DNA of 64,000 bases from Okamejei kenojei (taxonomy: Eukaryota), in contig CM069136.1 of the NCBI GenBank assembly GCA_035221665.1, positions 41,602,001 through 41,666,000 of the forward strand. Reading direction: 5' to 3'. Below, in pieces: positions 25,027 through 37,320 of this stretch (position 1 is its first letter; each line of letters starts with the position of its first letter). The position numbers and the translations under genes were made by a program. The notes beneath the pieces are model-generated. The model was not told the origin of the DNA, did not search any database, and was given only the letters and a program-made list of their open reading frames with translations.

Positions 25027-27274
25027 AACCGATACTTGATGTGAAATCAGTTCATTCATTACAAACTTTGTATTGGCCAGGGAGGCTACATTGGGCTAGT
25101 GTTAAATTGCATAACCAGTTTAGGTAATCTCGGGTATTAGAGAGCATTGGCTTATTTTATTTTGCATGTAATGAGATGCTAACTGAATCCAAGAAAATAC
25201 ATATTTAAATAAAATCCTTACTTCCTAGATGCAAGAACCTTGAGTAAAACTGGAGTACTTACTTCCACTAATCTGACCCTTCAGTCCACTGTCCGTCAGA
25301 CACTATAGGGGTTTACGCTTTTGGTTCAGTTTTGAAACCTCATTGGTAGCACAGACTGTTTCAATGGCAGAAAAGTTGAAAACAAGTTATAGTCTGAAAG
25401 GCAAATTGTTCAGAAAAGTTTTCAAAGTAATAAAATTGTTTTGAAAAAACACCGCAGCTCTTTAATGGCACAGTCTGCTTATGAATGTGCTTTTTGTTAG
25501 GTTGAGCTTGTCTCAGAGACATGTGTGTTAACAAAAAAGTGCCCAGCAATGCTCTGAGGCTATTGAGAAATGACTGGCGGTTATGTCAGGTGACTGCTTT
25601 TACTAAGTGTTTGTTCTTGCAAGCACAGAAGAACTTGGCCTTCACTTGCTCCTCCCCAGACTCTTCCCTATCCTCAGCTGCCTTGTGTGATGGTTGGTTC
25701 TTTCCAGCTCAAAGACTGCCTCTTGCAGGAAGTGCCTGCCAAATATGGAGAACATTCAGATTCTGGCTTGAGACTCTCGCACAGGCAGTTCCCATTGGTC
25801 ACAAACCACAGGGCAGAGGCGGGGAACAAGCTTACTTTGATGGAAAGTGTCCATTTGTCAGTTTGAGATGTTCCAGAACGTGAAGCTGAGTGGAAAAGAC
25901 AGCAAAGAGGAAGCAATTAACTGGCTTTTAAATAAATCTAAAAGCTTAACTTTGTTTATGCGGGGGAAATGTTGCATGTTAAAGAGGAAAATGTTGCTGA
26001 GAGGTCGTTTTCTTTACTGATAAAGCCACACACTTACGGGTACACGGGAGAAGCAGATGTTTGCACGGCTCAGAGGAAGTGATCCTGACAAGTGACACAG
26101 TTTTTTGTGTGATTGTTCATGAGCAATCCTTTCCTGTCTGTAATTCAATCTATCTCATTGTGTTTCTTTATGGTGAAAAAGTGCTCTGTCTCAAAGACAG
26201 AATGATACAACATCCTTACACGCTCACACTTGTAATGTAATTTTGTTCATTCTTGTGGCACTTACTGAGGATATAATTCAAATACCCTGCATATTTTTCT
26301 GTTATGTCAGAAAGCACAGTGAAATGCAGTAGATATATTCTACAATAGTTGTACACTATGAAACAAAATGCCATAATTATATTTGGAATCAATTATAATA
26401 ATCGTGAATTAGGAGATGAGAAGACTAATAATTTTGAATAAAGAGCTGCAGGGATGAAACATCAAATGGAAGGCATTTAAAGGGATGCTGACATTGAATT
26501 GTTCAAGTTTTCCAGCAATATTAGTCTTGGTGTCTAGAGCAAATTGTTTTAGATTTGGATTCACCTGATGTCATAATTGACTGCTGGAATACATCTTGCG
26601 CAACATCTGTCACAGACGTGTCACCAATGACAGTGACGTTGTCCATTTAAAAGAAATCATGGAAAAAATTGAGTTAAATGGGTTTGATGGGTTATTATGT
26701 ACGTTCCTGAATTTATTTGGAGCAGAGAGTTACTTGTCTCAGCTACGTGTCTAACTGTCTGTCGTCTGCACCACCAAGCATGAAAAGAACAAGAAGTGCA
26801 TGAGAAAGTCACTGCCAGCAGAGTTCCCTCCTGACCTGGAAGTGATTCATCGTTTTTTCATCATGACTTGGTCTAAAACGTTGGGATAATATCCTGGGAG
26901 TGTCTTCATCAGGATGACAGCAGTTTGAGAAGGTGGCTCACGGAAAATTCTTAGGAACAGTTCGGAATAATTTCCAATGATCAGGCTGTGAAAATGGTGC
27001 CAAAAACCTGGTGCCTCTTGCATGGGGGCTCAGTGGACTCTTTCTGTACACTTTGCTAATCGGGGATTGTGCTTAGGTATGGCGATACTTTACTGGACTG
27101 TTTGTAATAAATAAATTGCACTGTGCGTTTGCACGTGAGACAATAAAGCAGCGTTGAATAGCTATGCCTAGCCATGCCCACAATACCCCATTGTGGAAAA
27201 TTAACAGAAAATAACAAGCTTTAAATCCAGCCGTTAACTTGTATCGTCGGTTAAATTAGGACCGATGTAAGGAA

Positions 27275-27438
27275 GATACGAGAGACTGCAGTTGCAGAAC
27301 CAAACTGCTGGAGGACGTCAGTTGGTCAAGCAACATGTGTAGATGGGAAGGGATTGTTGGCATTCAGGGTCAAAGACCCTGCATCTAAATCATCAATTCC
27401 CTTGCCTCCTCCCACTGAGTTCCTCCACCAGTTTGCTT
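27275..27438. mobile_element. Older fold-back Penelope-terminus element
   Basis: CAAACTGCTGGAGGA..CAG vs CTGAGTTCCTCCACCAGTTTG inverted; central AGGGTC-AAA-GACCCT hairpin. Confidence 0.55.
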
Positions 27439-27941
27439 TTCGGAGGTTGCTGGTTCAGTGAAGTAAAGAATTGCCCAACACAGGGCAGAACCACGGCGGC
27501 CAGAAGTGTCTCAACTGTGACACGCAGTTGAAAATGATTGATGTAGATATCATAGTTTAGAACTATTCAGCCTGTGTACCCATGACGCTGTTCCATTTTA
27601 TTCTTGGCATCCTAGAGGGGAAGGTGAAAAGGAGATTGCATGCCCACGTGCTTTCCGAATGGGTGGGAACAGAATCAGGTTTGGCTATCGTACCAACCCC
27701 TCCTGTACCTCCTGATATCCTACCGTCAGCTCACAAAGAATTAATGTGTATCGGAACAGTGCATTTGGACCGTTCACATATGTATTGCATCGGCATTGGT
27801 CTATGTTACCTTTCCCAGCATAATTCAAAGGCTCAGGAGAAGTGAGGAGTCAAAGAGAATGTTCAGGAAAAGCAAAAAGGTCACTCCAAGCTTTAGCCCA
27901 CTCAAAATAGTGCACCGGCCTGCACAGAAGAAAATATAACC

Positions 27942-28160
27942 AAGATAGACAAAAAAATGCTGAAGTAACTCAGCGGGACAGGCAGCATCTCTGGAGAGAA
28001 GGAATGGGTGATGTTTCAGGTCGAGACCCTCCTTCAGATTTTCATGTCTCAATCCTGAAATGTCACCCATTCCTTCTCTCCATGGATGCCTGTCCCGCAG
28101 AGCTACTCCAGCATTTTATGTCTATGGTGTAAACCAGCATCTGCAGTTTCTTCCTACACA
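27942..28160. mobile_element. Fold-back Penelope-terminus insertion
   Basis: GGAGAGAAGGAATGGGTGA..TTTCAGG and CCTGAAA..TCACCCATTCCTTCTCTCC are inverted arms. Confidence 0.85.
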
Positions 28161-28991
28161 CTTCCATGTTCTGGTTTCTTCAGTTATTGTAATCCTACCC
28201 TTTGGAGTCCTCTTGAAGAATTTGTTAACAGATTTGTTAACAAATATTTTCGTACCCACCCCATTGACCGTATGCCCAAACAATGTATTTGATACAGTGC
28301 AGAGATTTAATTGAATGTTGAAAACTATGTCAGGGCATTGTTCAGGGAACCAGCTCCTTGTTGGCATCAACTGATAAATCAGACTGGGATGGGTCATGGT
28401 TAAAATCAGCAAGGATACTTTTGAATGTTTTCATCTTTCTACGCATTTTAAATGTTTGAAGGTGCACAATAAAAGTGTTCCACCACCCATTTCAAACAGT
28501 TCTTTCCTACACAGAAAATATAGCCCGGCTGGAAAAATAAATTTTAAACGGGTGAAAAGGTAGATTGTGGGGCAAGTTTGATGCTTAATGATTAGTGATC
28601 AATGTGTTGATGTAAGGCATTAGATTCATGGTTTTGCTGACCCTATATCCTCTCCATCACAAAGACTACCTGCCTACTTCAACCTTCATCATGCCGCCTG
28701 TCTTCAAACCCACCTCTGTCCATCTGCTGCTGCTCTCATTCAGGTCTCTGTCTCTTCCACCCCCAATGTTCAAATGCTGTCCAGGTTGGGTTCCCATCCT
28801 CCACCATCCTCCACACAGATGATCCAAAACTCTGAACCCCAGCATGTCCCCCTCGTGCATTATTCCGGCCTTCACTGATGTACACCATTCCCCCATCCAC
28901 AGCGCTTCCAATTTAAAGCTCTTGTGCTTTCATTCCTTTTACAGCTTAGCTTCCTTTTCTATAACAGCCCTTTAACATCCTGCCTCAACCT

Positions 28992-29770
28992 CAAGTCAAG
29001 TGAAGTGGAGTTTATTATTATGAGGTACTGATGCAGTGAAAATCCTGCTTGCAGCAGCATCCCAGGCACACAGACCCAGACAAACACAGAAAAGTATAAA
29101 TTATACCTTAATTATACCTAAATTACATGTACAATTCTACAAGACAGAAAAATAAAAACAAAGCATTGCAAAGAAAATATGTTAGTGCAAAACACAATTA
29201 GATAAATAAACAAGTCCATGCTAGTACATGAGGTGGCTTGCATTCATTGTAGGATTAGGGTTGTGTTGCTTGGATCATGAACCAGATAGTTGCAGGAAAG
29301 ACAAACAATTCTGGCATAACTCAGCATCTCTGGAGAGAAGGAATGGGTGACGTTTCGGGTCATGACGGGTCTGAAGAAGGGTCGCGTCCTGAAACATCAC
29401 CCATTCCTTCTCTCCAGAGATGTTGCCTGTCTTGCTAAACTGGCATTTTCAGTGTCAATTTTCAGTTTAAACTAGCATCTGCAGCTCCTTCCTACACAGT
29501 TATAGGAATATAACTATTTCCGAAACTGGTACTAGGCAACTTTAGATTTCTATACCTCCTGTCTGATGGAAGCAATGATATATGCTGTGTACTTGAGGCA
29601 GCGTCTCATGCAGATAGATGCTCATGATTGTGGGTAGGGCTGTGCCCATGATGGACCAGATTGAGTCCAACACTCTCTGTAATGGTTTGTTTTCCTGTGT
29701 GTTGGAATGTGTGACAAGGCCATGATGCAAGAGATCAGGATACTTTAGTGGCATATTTGTAGATGTTTTA
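28992..29770 (-). mobile_element. Rex1/Babar-like LINE fragment interrupted by a hammerhead element
   Basis: ORF 29542-29817 contains LQRVLDSIWSIMGTALPTIMSIY; (CAAGT)n plus TTTATT tail at ~28992-29018. Confidence 0.65.
29299..29497. mobile_element. Fold-back Penelope-terminus insertion with TSD
   Basis: Plus core CTGAAGAAGGGTCGCGTCCTGAAACATC at 29371-29398; inverted arm ~29322-29360; AGTTGCAGGAA 29288-29298 / AGTTATAGGAA 29498-29508. Confidence 0.85.
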
Positions 29771-31738
29771 TATTTTTGCTGTGTTCTGACTGCCCCTTTT
29801 TCAATACATATTTTCAATGTTATGAATTCACTGCATATTTTAGAAGCTAGAGATTAGAAGCTTACTCAGCACGTCGCAAAATGTTATAAATTATTACTTT
29901 TACAGATTGTGACGCAGACTTTACTGACCAATTCACAGAAGCTTTACAGTTGAGTAGTCAAACTGAAGTTAGCCACTTGATGATGTCCCTGGGATAACTT
30001 TAACACACTATGACTGGAGAATAGAGAACAATTTGCAGCTAGACAAATCAATTTTGCTGAGTGCTTCTTCTCGGACTGGTTTGTTCCTTGGATTGTGTCC
30101 ACAGGTCTCTGCAGTTCTTGGGTGCTTTGTTCTTTGTAATTCATCGAGTCATGCCATCAAGAGTTGGTAGTTGTCAGTAGGTTAACATCTAACACCATTC
30201 CAGCTTTCACCGCTGCTGGTTTGCATGCCGAGCCCCGACCCCCTGTGTGCATGTTCTAGAAGATTCCAGCAATTGTTTGTCCCCCCCTGGAGAAAGAGTA
30301 AAGAGTTCTTCTGACTGTCTGGACAGTAGACTTTGTTCAGCTAACAGCACAGATGAGTACTTCATGTTATTTCCTGTTTGTGAGAACCTGGTATTCAACA
30401 AAAAAATGTCATCGTTCCAAGCTGAAAGCTAGTTTCAATATCCAGCTGGTTCCCATAACAAAACTCATGGAATCATGCAGTAGCAAGAGCCAGTATCTTG
30501 TGGAGAGAAGCAGAATATTCTCCATCATTTCCATCTTCCACTTATTTTCCATCTTCCACTTATTTTCCCATGGAATAAAGTGATGATACAATGGAGAGTA
30601 TTTTGCTGGTTTTAAATATTGTAACATCCTTTATGCTGCACAAGATATTTATAATCTTGACACAGCCTATTCTGCAATGCTCAACTATCTAATTGTATAT
30701 TGTCTTGGTTTGTTGGATTTCTCTTCACAAAGTTTTTGTTTCCCAGTAACTATTCCAGCATTTATGTTTTTGATCAGTGAAACAGAACATTTTTTTATTT
30801 TGCACTCCTCTACCAATCAAAAGGATTATGTGCATTCAAGGGTGGCCAAGACTAATTAAAGCTGTTTTGCTAATGAGTTGAAATTTATGCATAATCTGAG
30901 TTGTTGATGTAGATTCCTGGTTCCTTTCACAGGTTACTTGTTAATAAATCAATGATCAAGAAATGTATACCCAATGGGTGACTTTGGATTGGGAAGAGGA
31001 ATTAAATGTTTAAAGATGTGAAACCTTAACCTGCCAAGAACCTGCATTCTTCAATCTAAACCTTTGTGGGTTTCAAAGAACAGGAAGGAACCCTACACTG
31101 GAGAGGCACATCACTCATCGACATGAACATGTACACAAAGTTCTATATCTGATATTTCGGCAGCTATCTAAATTTAATTCTGGTCAGTTGGAATTCCGGG
31201 GGCGATGTAATCCACCTGGCTGCCTGTTAGAAACAGAGAGAGAATACAGCCTTAGTGACGTTTTCTGCTAAACATTATCAGAAGGTCTATGATCCGGTCA
31301 CTTCTAGATTTTTCTCCACTAATGATACTCCCCGGCTCACAATATACAGAAAATGTGTTGCTCTTGCATGCTGCCTTACTTCCCAGATTGCATGCATTAG
31401 AAGCAGCGATTTTTCCACCCTGCTTCACCATTCAGTACCTTGATGATTGACTCATGTCTACTTTCTCGCCTATATCCATTGATTCCCTTAGTTTCCAAAG
31501 ATATACTGATCTCTACTTTGATGACGCGCAAAGGATTGACAGCCACACCAATCTGGAATATCAACATAAAATGCGAAAAACACTTAGCAAATCATACTTT
31601 GGCCTGAAACATTTACTCTGTTTCTCTTTCAACAGAGGCTGTCTGACCTTCTAAGTGTTTCCAGCATTTTCTGGTTTTATTTTGGATTGCCATCCTCTGT
31701 AAAAAAAAAAAAATTTCCAATTATAACATTCAAGATGT

Positions 31739-32040
31739 GGGCGGCACAGTGGTGCAGCTGTTGGAGCCATTGCCTCTCTGTGCCAGAGACCCGGATTCAA
31801 TCCTGTCCTCTGGTGCTGTCTGTTTGAACATTCTTCCTGTGACTGCAGTGGCTTTCTCTGGGTGCTCCAGTTTCCTCCCACACCCCAAAGGCATGCCAGT
31901 TTTTAGGTTAATTGGCCTCTGTAAAATTGCCCTCAGATGGTCTGGAGTGGAGGAGAATGTGGGATGACATAGAACTAGTGTTAAGAGGTGATGATCGTTG
32001 TGGATCAAAGACCTTTTTCCCATGCTGTATCTATAAACTA
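31739..32040 (+). mobile_element. tRNA-derived V-SINE (HE1-like)
   Basis: GGGCGGCACAGTGGTGCAGC, GGATTCAATCC, GGGTGCTCCAGTTTCCTCCCACA, tail CTGTATCTATAAACTA. Confidence 0.85.
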
Positions 32041-32267
32041 GGGTAGAAAATTTCAGAGATAACACCAGCTGAATGAAGAAATCTCTCTTAATCTCGGCCT
32101 AATGTGGTTGATATAGAACCTGAGACGAAGACAATTAGAAGCAGACTCCCTGCCCAGAAGAAACAGTGTTTTCATTATCCACCAATTCAATCACATTCGG
32201 AATTGTATATACACCAATGAAGTAACCACTAATTGTTTTACACTCAGTAGAGTTTATATCAATCCCA

Positions 32268-32349
32268 GGGTACACAAAAGGCTGGAGAAACTCCAGCATC
32301 TAAGGAGCGATGGAGATAGGTGACGTTTCGGGTCGAGACCCTTCTTCAG
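32268..32349 (-). mobile_element. Minimal (~82 bp) Penelope-terminus element with intact core and TSD
   Basis: Reverse complement of 32322-32349 = CTGAAGAAGGGTCTCGACCCGAAACGTC; ATATCAATCCCA 32256-32267 / ATATTAATCCCA 32350-32361; body matches the 44034-44160 subfamily. Confidence 0.88.
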
Positions 32350-33099
32350 ATATTAATCCCACTCAATTTCTCTTCTTGAAGCAATCTTTTTAAACTTTGA
32401 ATATAACGTATTAATGCTGCACTGCCGCCAAAATGCATCTTTGTTTGGCTACAATTACAGGGTTTCAGGTGTGATGTTACAAAAGCCCTTTGCAATTACA
32501 GGAAGATGCCAACTGACCTGCAATAAAGGCCAGCTTTCCATCTAGTTGCTTGCTGCACTGATACGTTAACCTCCAAAGAAGTAACAAGTTTCATTCCTCA
32601 AGAATATTTCCTCCCAATCCCAATCCTTAAATACTCAGGAATAGAATCTTGGAGTTAAAGTAAACAATTGACTGGCAGAATGGAGTTCTGTACTTTCACC
32701 ACCCTTGTGTGTCTAATTGTTTTAATTCAAACCCTTTTCTTCTAATTTCCAAGGAATACAGTTTAGTCACTTGTTATAGTTTAGCCCCGTTGAGGTATCA
32801 TTCTGGTAAATCTATGTGCCACTAGGTTTTCAGAAAGTGGGAGTTCTAAAATGTTCCCAGTGCTACAAGCGTTTTGCACAGTTGTGACTTTTAACTTGCA
32901 GTCGTCCAGCATTTCATTAGACTATTAATATTTATTTTTATTCTTGACATTTTAATAATCTTGGGGTGAATGATCGTCAGTTGTTGTGAAATTTCACTTT
33001 CAAGTTTTCATAATTTATAAAGCATTTTGTTCTATCTTTTTATTGGGTCCAAAGTGAACAGCCTTACATGTGCCTAGACAGACAAACATTTCCCATAGT

Positions 33100-33895
33100 T
33101 AGAGCAAAAACAAAGTTCCGGAGGCCAGACAGCATCTGTAAGAGGAAATTGTCAGGCGTCACTTCAGGTTGGGATCCTTCTTCAGACTGATGGGGTGGGG
33201 GGGTTAAAGTTGGACCAGAGAGGTAGGAATAGGGCAAAGCTTGGCAAAGTGATAGGTGGAGACAGGTGAGAAGTTGATCGGCAGATAGATGGAGTAACTG
33301 ACAAAGGCTAGAGATGAAAAGGAGACAAATAGTGTGTAGGATAAAGGAAGAAGATGAGAAGTGAAACACAAAAGGGAGGGATATGCATTGAAGAGAAATA
33401 GGGGACTTAGAGATGGGAGGGATGACCAATGCACTTAAGGAGGAAGGACAAGGAACCTGGTGGCGGGATAAATGTGTTCACACCTTGGTGTGTGGGGGAG
33501 GAGGGTTTAATATGAAATTGGAGAATGTAATATTCAAACTGTTGGGATGTAGGCTACCCAAGCAAAATATAGGGTGCTGTTCTTCTGGTTGGCATGTGCC
33601 CTTTGACAGTGGGGGAGGCCAGGGATAGAAATGTAGGCATGGAAAAAATGGAAAGCGGAACTAGGTGGGAATGGGAAGTTGTGACTGGTATTTGGATTAT
33701 GCTGAAGGTGACATTATCAGTCTCTGGCATCTTCATTTACCATTGTTTATTTGGACAGACAAAGTTTCAGACCAGGTCCACTTCTTCAGATGGAAGGATC
33801 CTGATGTGAAACATCATCTGTCCATTTCTCACCACAGATTCTGCCTGATCCACTGAGCTCCTCCAGTTGATTTTTATCTGCAGTCTCTTGTGTCT
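33100..33895 (-). mobile_element. Degraded Penelope 3' region (GIY-YIG end and UTR) with an inverted terminal copy
   Basis: CCTTCTTCAGACTGA at ~33176-33190; GCTACCCAAGCAAAATATAGGGTGCTGTTCTTC matches the complement of the EEQHLIFRLGSL region. Confidence 0.65.
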
Positions 33896-34567
33896 TCCAT
33901 CGGTTAGTTTTTCTTTGTTCACTTAAAACTATTCATACCTGTTGCGATTTATTCTATATTAACATTGCCTGCAATGCCATCTATCTTTGATCCGGCAGAA
34001 TGGAATTTGTTGCTTTCCATCCAGGTATTTAAGTTGTACAGTAACATACTCAATATTTTCAGCACAAACCCTTTGTGGGAAGAATCATCTCTTCTCCTGT
34101 TTAAATTGAACTCAGACAGCTCTTTAAGAATATGTGATTGAAATGTGGAGTGTAATCTGTGTACATAATCCTATCAACAGAAGAGATCTATGTATGTGTT
34201 TGAGCAAATAACCTTTGAGACACTGCTTTCTTGAACCAGAGCCAAGGTGTATTTAACCTTTTAACAGCTTAGAAATAACACTTTTCATCACCCATCATTC
34301 CTTTTCATTTGCATTGTTTTCCTTTCTATGAATGGTTGTGTAAACTTCTCTTTTTACATTTTCTCTTTTAAAATTTTCCCTCCCGCTTTATTTGTATGTT
34401 AACTTGTTTTTCTTCTCTTGTTCCTCAGTATTCAGTTTTGTAATCCTCAATACCCTGTATCCTCGATTAGCTCAAAGTGCACCCTCTCAGGGGCCCAGAG
34501 ATTCATCTGCATAGCAGTGGCAAACAGGCGTTGTGCAGACAAAGATAACATTAATGTGGCGTTAACC

Positions 34568-35660
34568 GGGAAACTGCAGCTACTGAAATCTGGAGTTGTA
34601 AACAAACGGCTGGAGGAGCTCAGCAGGTCAGGCAGCATCTGTGGAGGGAATGGGCAGACGATGTTTTGGGTCGGGACCCTTCTTCAGATTAATGTAGTCG
34701 GAGAAAGAATGGTGGAAAAGAAAAAGGTGGGGTGGGGCAAAGCCTGGCAAGTGATGGGTGGATACTGGTGAAGGGTGATCATTGGCAGAAGCTTGGATTG
34801 GGTGACAAAGGCTCAAGTTGAAAACAGGTGAGGGCTCCATCCATGGAGGTGGGGTGGGGAAAGCCACTGAAGACTCCATCTACAGTGGCAGAGGGGGGGG
34901 ACGGAGCACATTGTTGTGGATGAGTTCTTACCCATGATTTTTCTGTGTCCCGCAGTTCTGCTTTCGCTCTCCCTCCTATTTAGACAGAACAAAGATAGAG
35001 ATCCCCTGGAAGACACCTTTCACCCCACCAGCTTCTGCATCCAACACATCATTCTCTGACATTTCCGCCACCTTCAGCATGATCGCACCACCAGTCACAT
35101 CTTCCCATCCCTACCCCATTCCGCAGAGACCACTCTCTCCATCTCACCTTAGTTTGCTCATCCATTTTCATCCAGCCCATCCGCTCCTCAGGCACCATCC
35201 CGCAGGAGATGTAACACCTATTCATACACCTCCTCTCTCACTTCCATCCAGGGGAACCCAGTCATCCTATTTAAGACAGAAATTCCAACTTTAAGGCAGA
35301 TCTTCCAACTTCATCTATTTGCTTCGGAATTCCCGATATGTCGGCCTTTACATCGCAAATCCAGGCGTAGACTAGGGAACCATCTCGCTCAACACATCCT
35401 CTGTCTGCCAAAGCCTGCTGGAACTCCAGGTTGAGAAGCATTTTAATTCCCTTCCCATTCCCGACAGAACTTTCTGTCCTTGGTCTTTTTCACTGTCAGA
35501 TTGAGGTCACACACACAAACTGGAAGAACAGCACCTCATATTCCGCTTGCGTAGCTTGCAACCCAATGGTATTTACATTACATCCTCCAATTTCCAGTAA
35601 TGCACCCCCATCTCCCCTCTTTCTCATGTTCCCATGCCCGCCTCCAACCTAACCCCAGAT
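34568..35660. mobile_element. Degraded Penelope element: minus-strand terminus plus plus-strand GIY-YIG region
   Basis: Minus-strand core at ~34660-34687; TTTCACCCCACCAGC and GGAAGAACAGCACCTCATATTCCGCTTG collinear with 43200-43750. Confidence 0.75.
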
Positions 35661-36004
35661 GGAGATTATCAACTCATTCAATACAAGTGAGGAATAGCAG
35701 TGTCACTAATAGAGGAACCAGTTTTTACCAATGCTACAGGCTCCACAGCACTGTTGCTGCAGGCTTCATAGCATTATCTTTCTCCAGGGTCCAATCAGCT
35801 CTCTTGTAGTTATGTGTAGAGTGCTGCAGAAATTGGAAAAAAAAACTTCAAGCATGTTGAAGTAACCACTAACCAGTACCTCAGGCCATTTCACTGTGTT
35901 TCTCACTCAAAATGCAATTGCCAGAATTGCCGGAGGATATCATCCATGCACAAAAGTCCATGTTCGTTAGATGAGAAATCAATTAAAGTCTGTTAAAATT
36001 TCAC

Positions 36005-36482
36005 AAGTTAAAGTCTGAATTGGGGCAGTGCCAACTTTAATGATATTGTACAGGAACTTGCTCAAGTTGATTGGAGTAGGTCGTTTGCGGGCAAGGGAAC
36101 AACTGGAAAGTGGGATGTTTTCCAAAGTGATGACAAGAGTTCAGAGCAACAGGAGTTCCTGTTAGCGTGAAGGGCAAGGCAGGTGGAAGTAAGGAAGCTG
36201 GGATGATGAGTAAAATCATTTAGGAAAAAGGAGGCATAGGCAGCTGCAATGAAGTGCATACTCATGACCTGCTTAAGGTGGCAGGAGATAGCTCTGGCGG
36301 ACAATATTAAGGAAAATCCAATAGGTTTTATGTACGTTAAGGAAAAGAGGGTAATTAGAGAGAGAATAGAGCCCCTTGGATACCAAAGCGATCAGCCATG
36401 ATCACATTGAATGGCGGAGCTGGCTCAGAGGGCCGAATGGCCTACTCCTGCACCTATTGTCTATTGTCCATTGTCTATTATC
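36005..36482 (+). mobile_element. CR1-like ORF2 linker fragment fused to a CR1 3' tail
   Basis: Hand translation LNWG.ANF..I.QELAQVDW and ALADNIKENP; tail GGCCGAATGGCCTACTCCTGCACC(TATTGTC)n. Confidence 0.65.
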
Positions 36483-36504
36483 AACCCCATGTGGAGCCAC
36501 AGGA

Positions 36505-36812
36505 ACATAGAACAATTGGATGAAAGGTATGCAAAAGGACAAATCACAGCCAGCAACGATGATCAAGGAAACCACTTTTTCCTTGGTCATCATTGCAGGC
36601 CTCCACCTTTCCTTGATTATCATGGCTTTGATTTGTTTTTTTACATGCTCTATGTTGCCTTTCCTATCTCCCCTGACTCTTGGTCTGGAGAAAGGTCTCG
36701 CCCCAAAACGTCACCTATTCCTTTTCTCCAGAGATGCTGCCTGACCTGCTGAATTACTCCAGCTTTTTGTGCCTATCTTCGGTGTAAATCCGCATCTGCA
36801 GTTCCTTCCTAC
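36505..36812 (+). mobile_element. Penelope 3' UTR/terminus with short inverted 5' part
   Basis: CTGGAGAAAGGTCTCGCCCCAAAACGTC degenerate core plus full family tail. Confidence 0.75.
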
Positions 36813-36959
36813 TTATTCTACAATTACTTTGGTTGCTCTGTTGTACTACAGAGTTATTTAGGTCCATCCACCATGGTCACCTGGAGTTTCCAGTTCTAGC
36901 CATTTCACTTATCCCTCCCCAGTGCCACACCGACCAGTTTGTCCTTAGTTTCATCTCTG

Positions 36960-37320
36960 CCAGGGTGCAAACTAAAGGAACAGCTGCTCATATTACACCT
37001 CAATAGTCTACATCCCGACAATGTGAACATTAATTTATCTAATGTCAGGTAACAGCCTTAGTTGATATCTCCACCACTTTGACCTCCAAAGCATTGGTTC
37101 TGACTCCTTCCAAGAATCCACCCCTCTGTATCTGGATCCACCAATAAATCCGCTGTGTTTATCTCTGGCTATCTACTCTCCACTCGTTCTGTCCAGGGCA
37201 AGGGTCTTAACCCGAAATGGCAATGGCCGATTTATCTCCACGGATGCTGCCTGACCCATTGAGTTCCGCCAGCCGTTTGTTTTTTGCTCCAGATATCCAG
37301 CATCATTATTCTTTTGTGTC
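36960..37320 (+). mobile_element. Older Penelope 3' fragment
   Basis: GGAACAGCTGCTCATATT (EQ.LI) and AGGGTCTTAACCCGAAAT, GATGCTGCCTGACCC. Confidence 0.6.

Noticed and set aside
30207-30627. Possible coding exon cluster
   Set aside because: No recognisable domain; the ENKWKM repeat comes from an 18 bp tandem duplication at 30528-30563.
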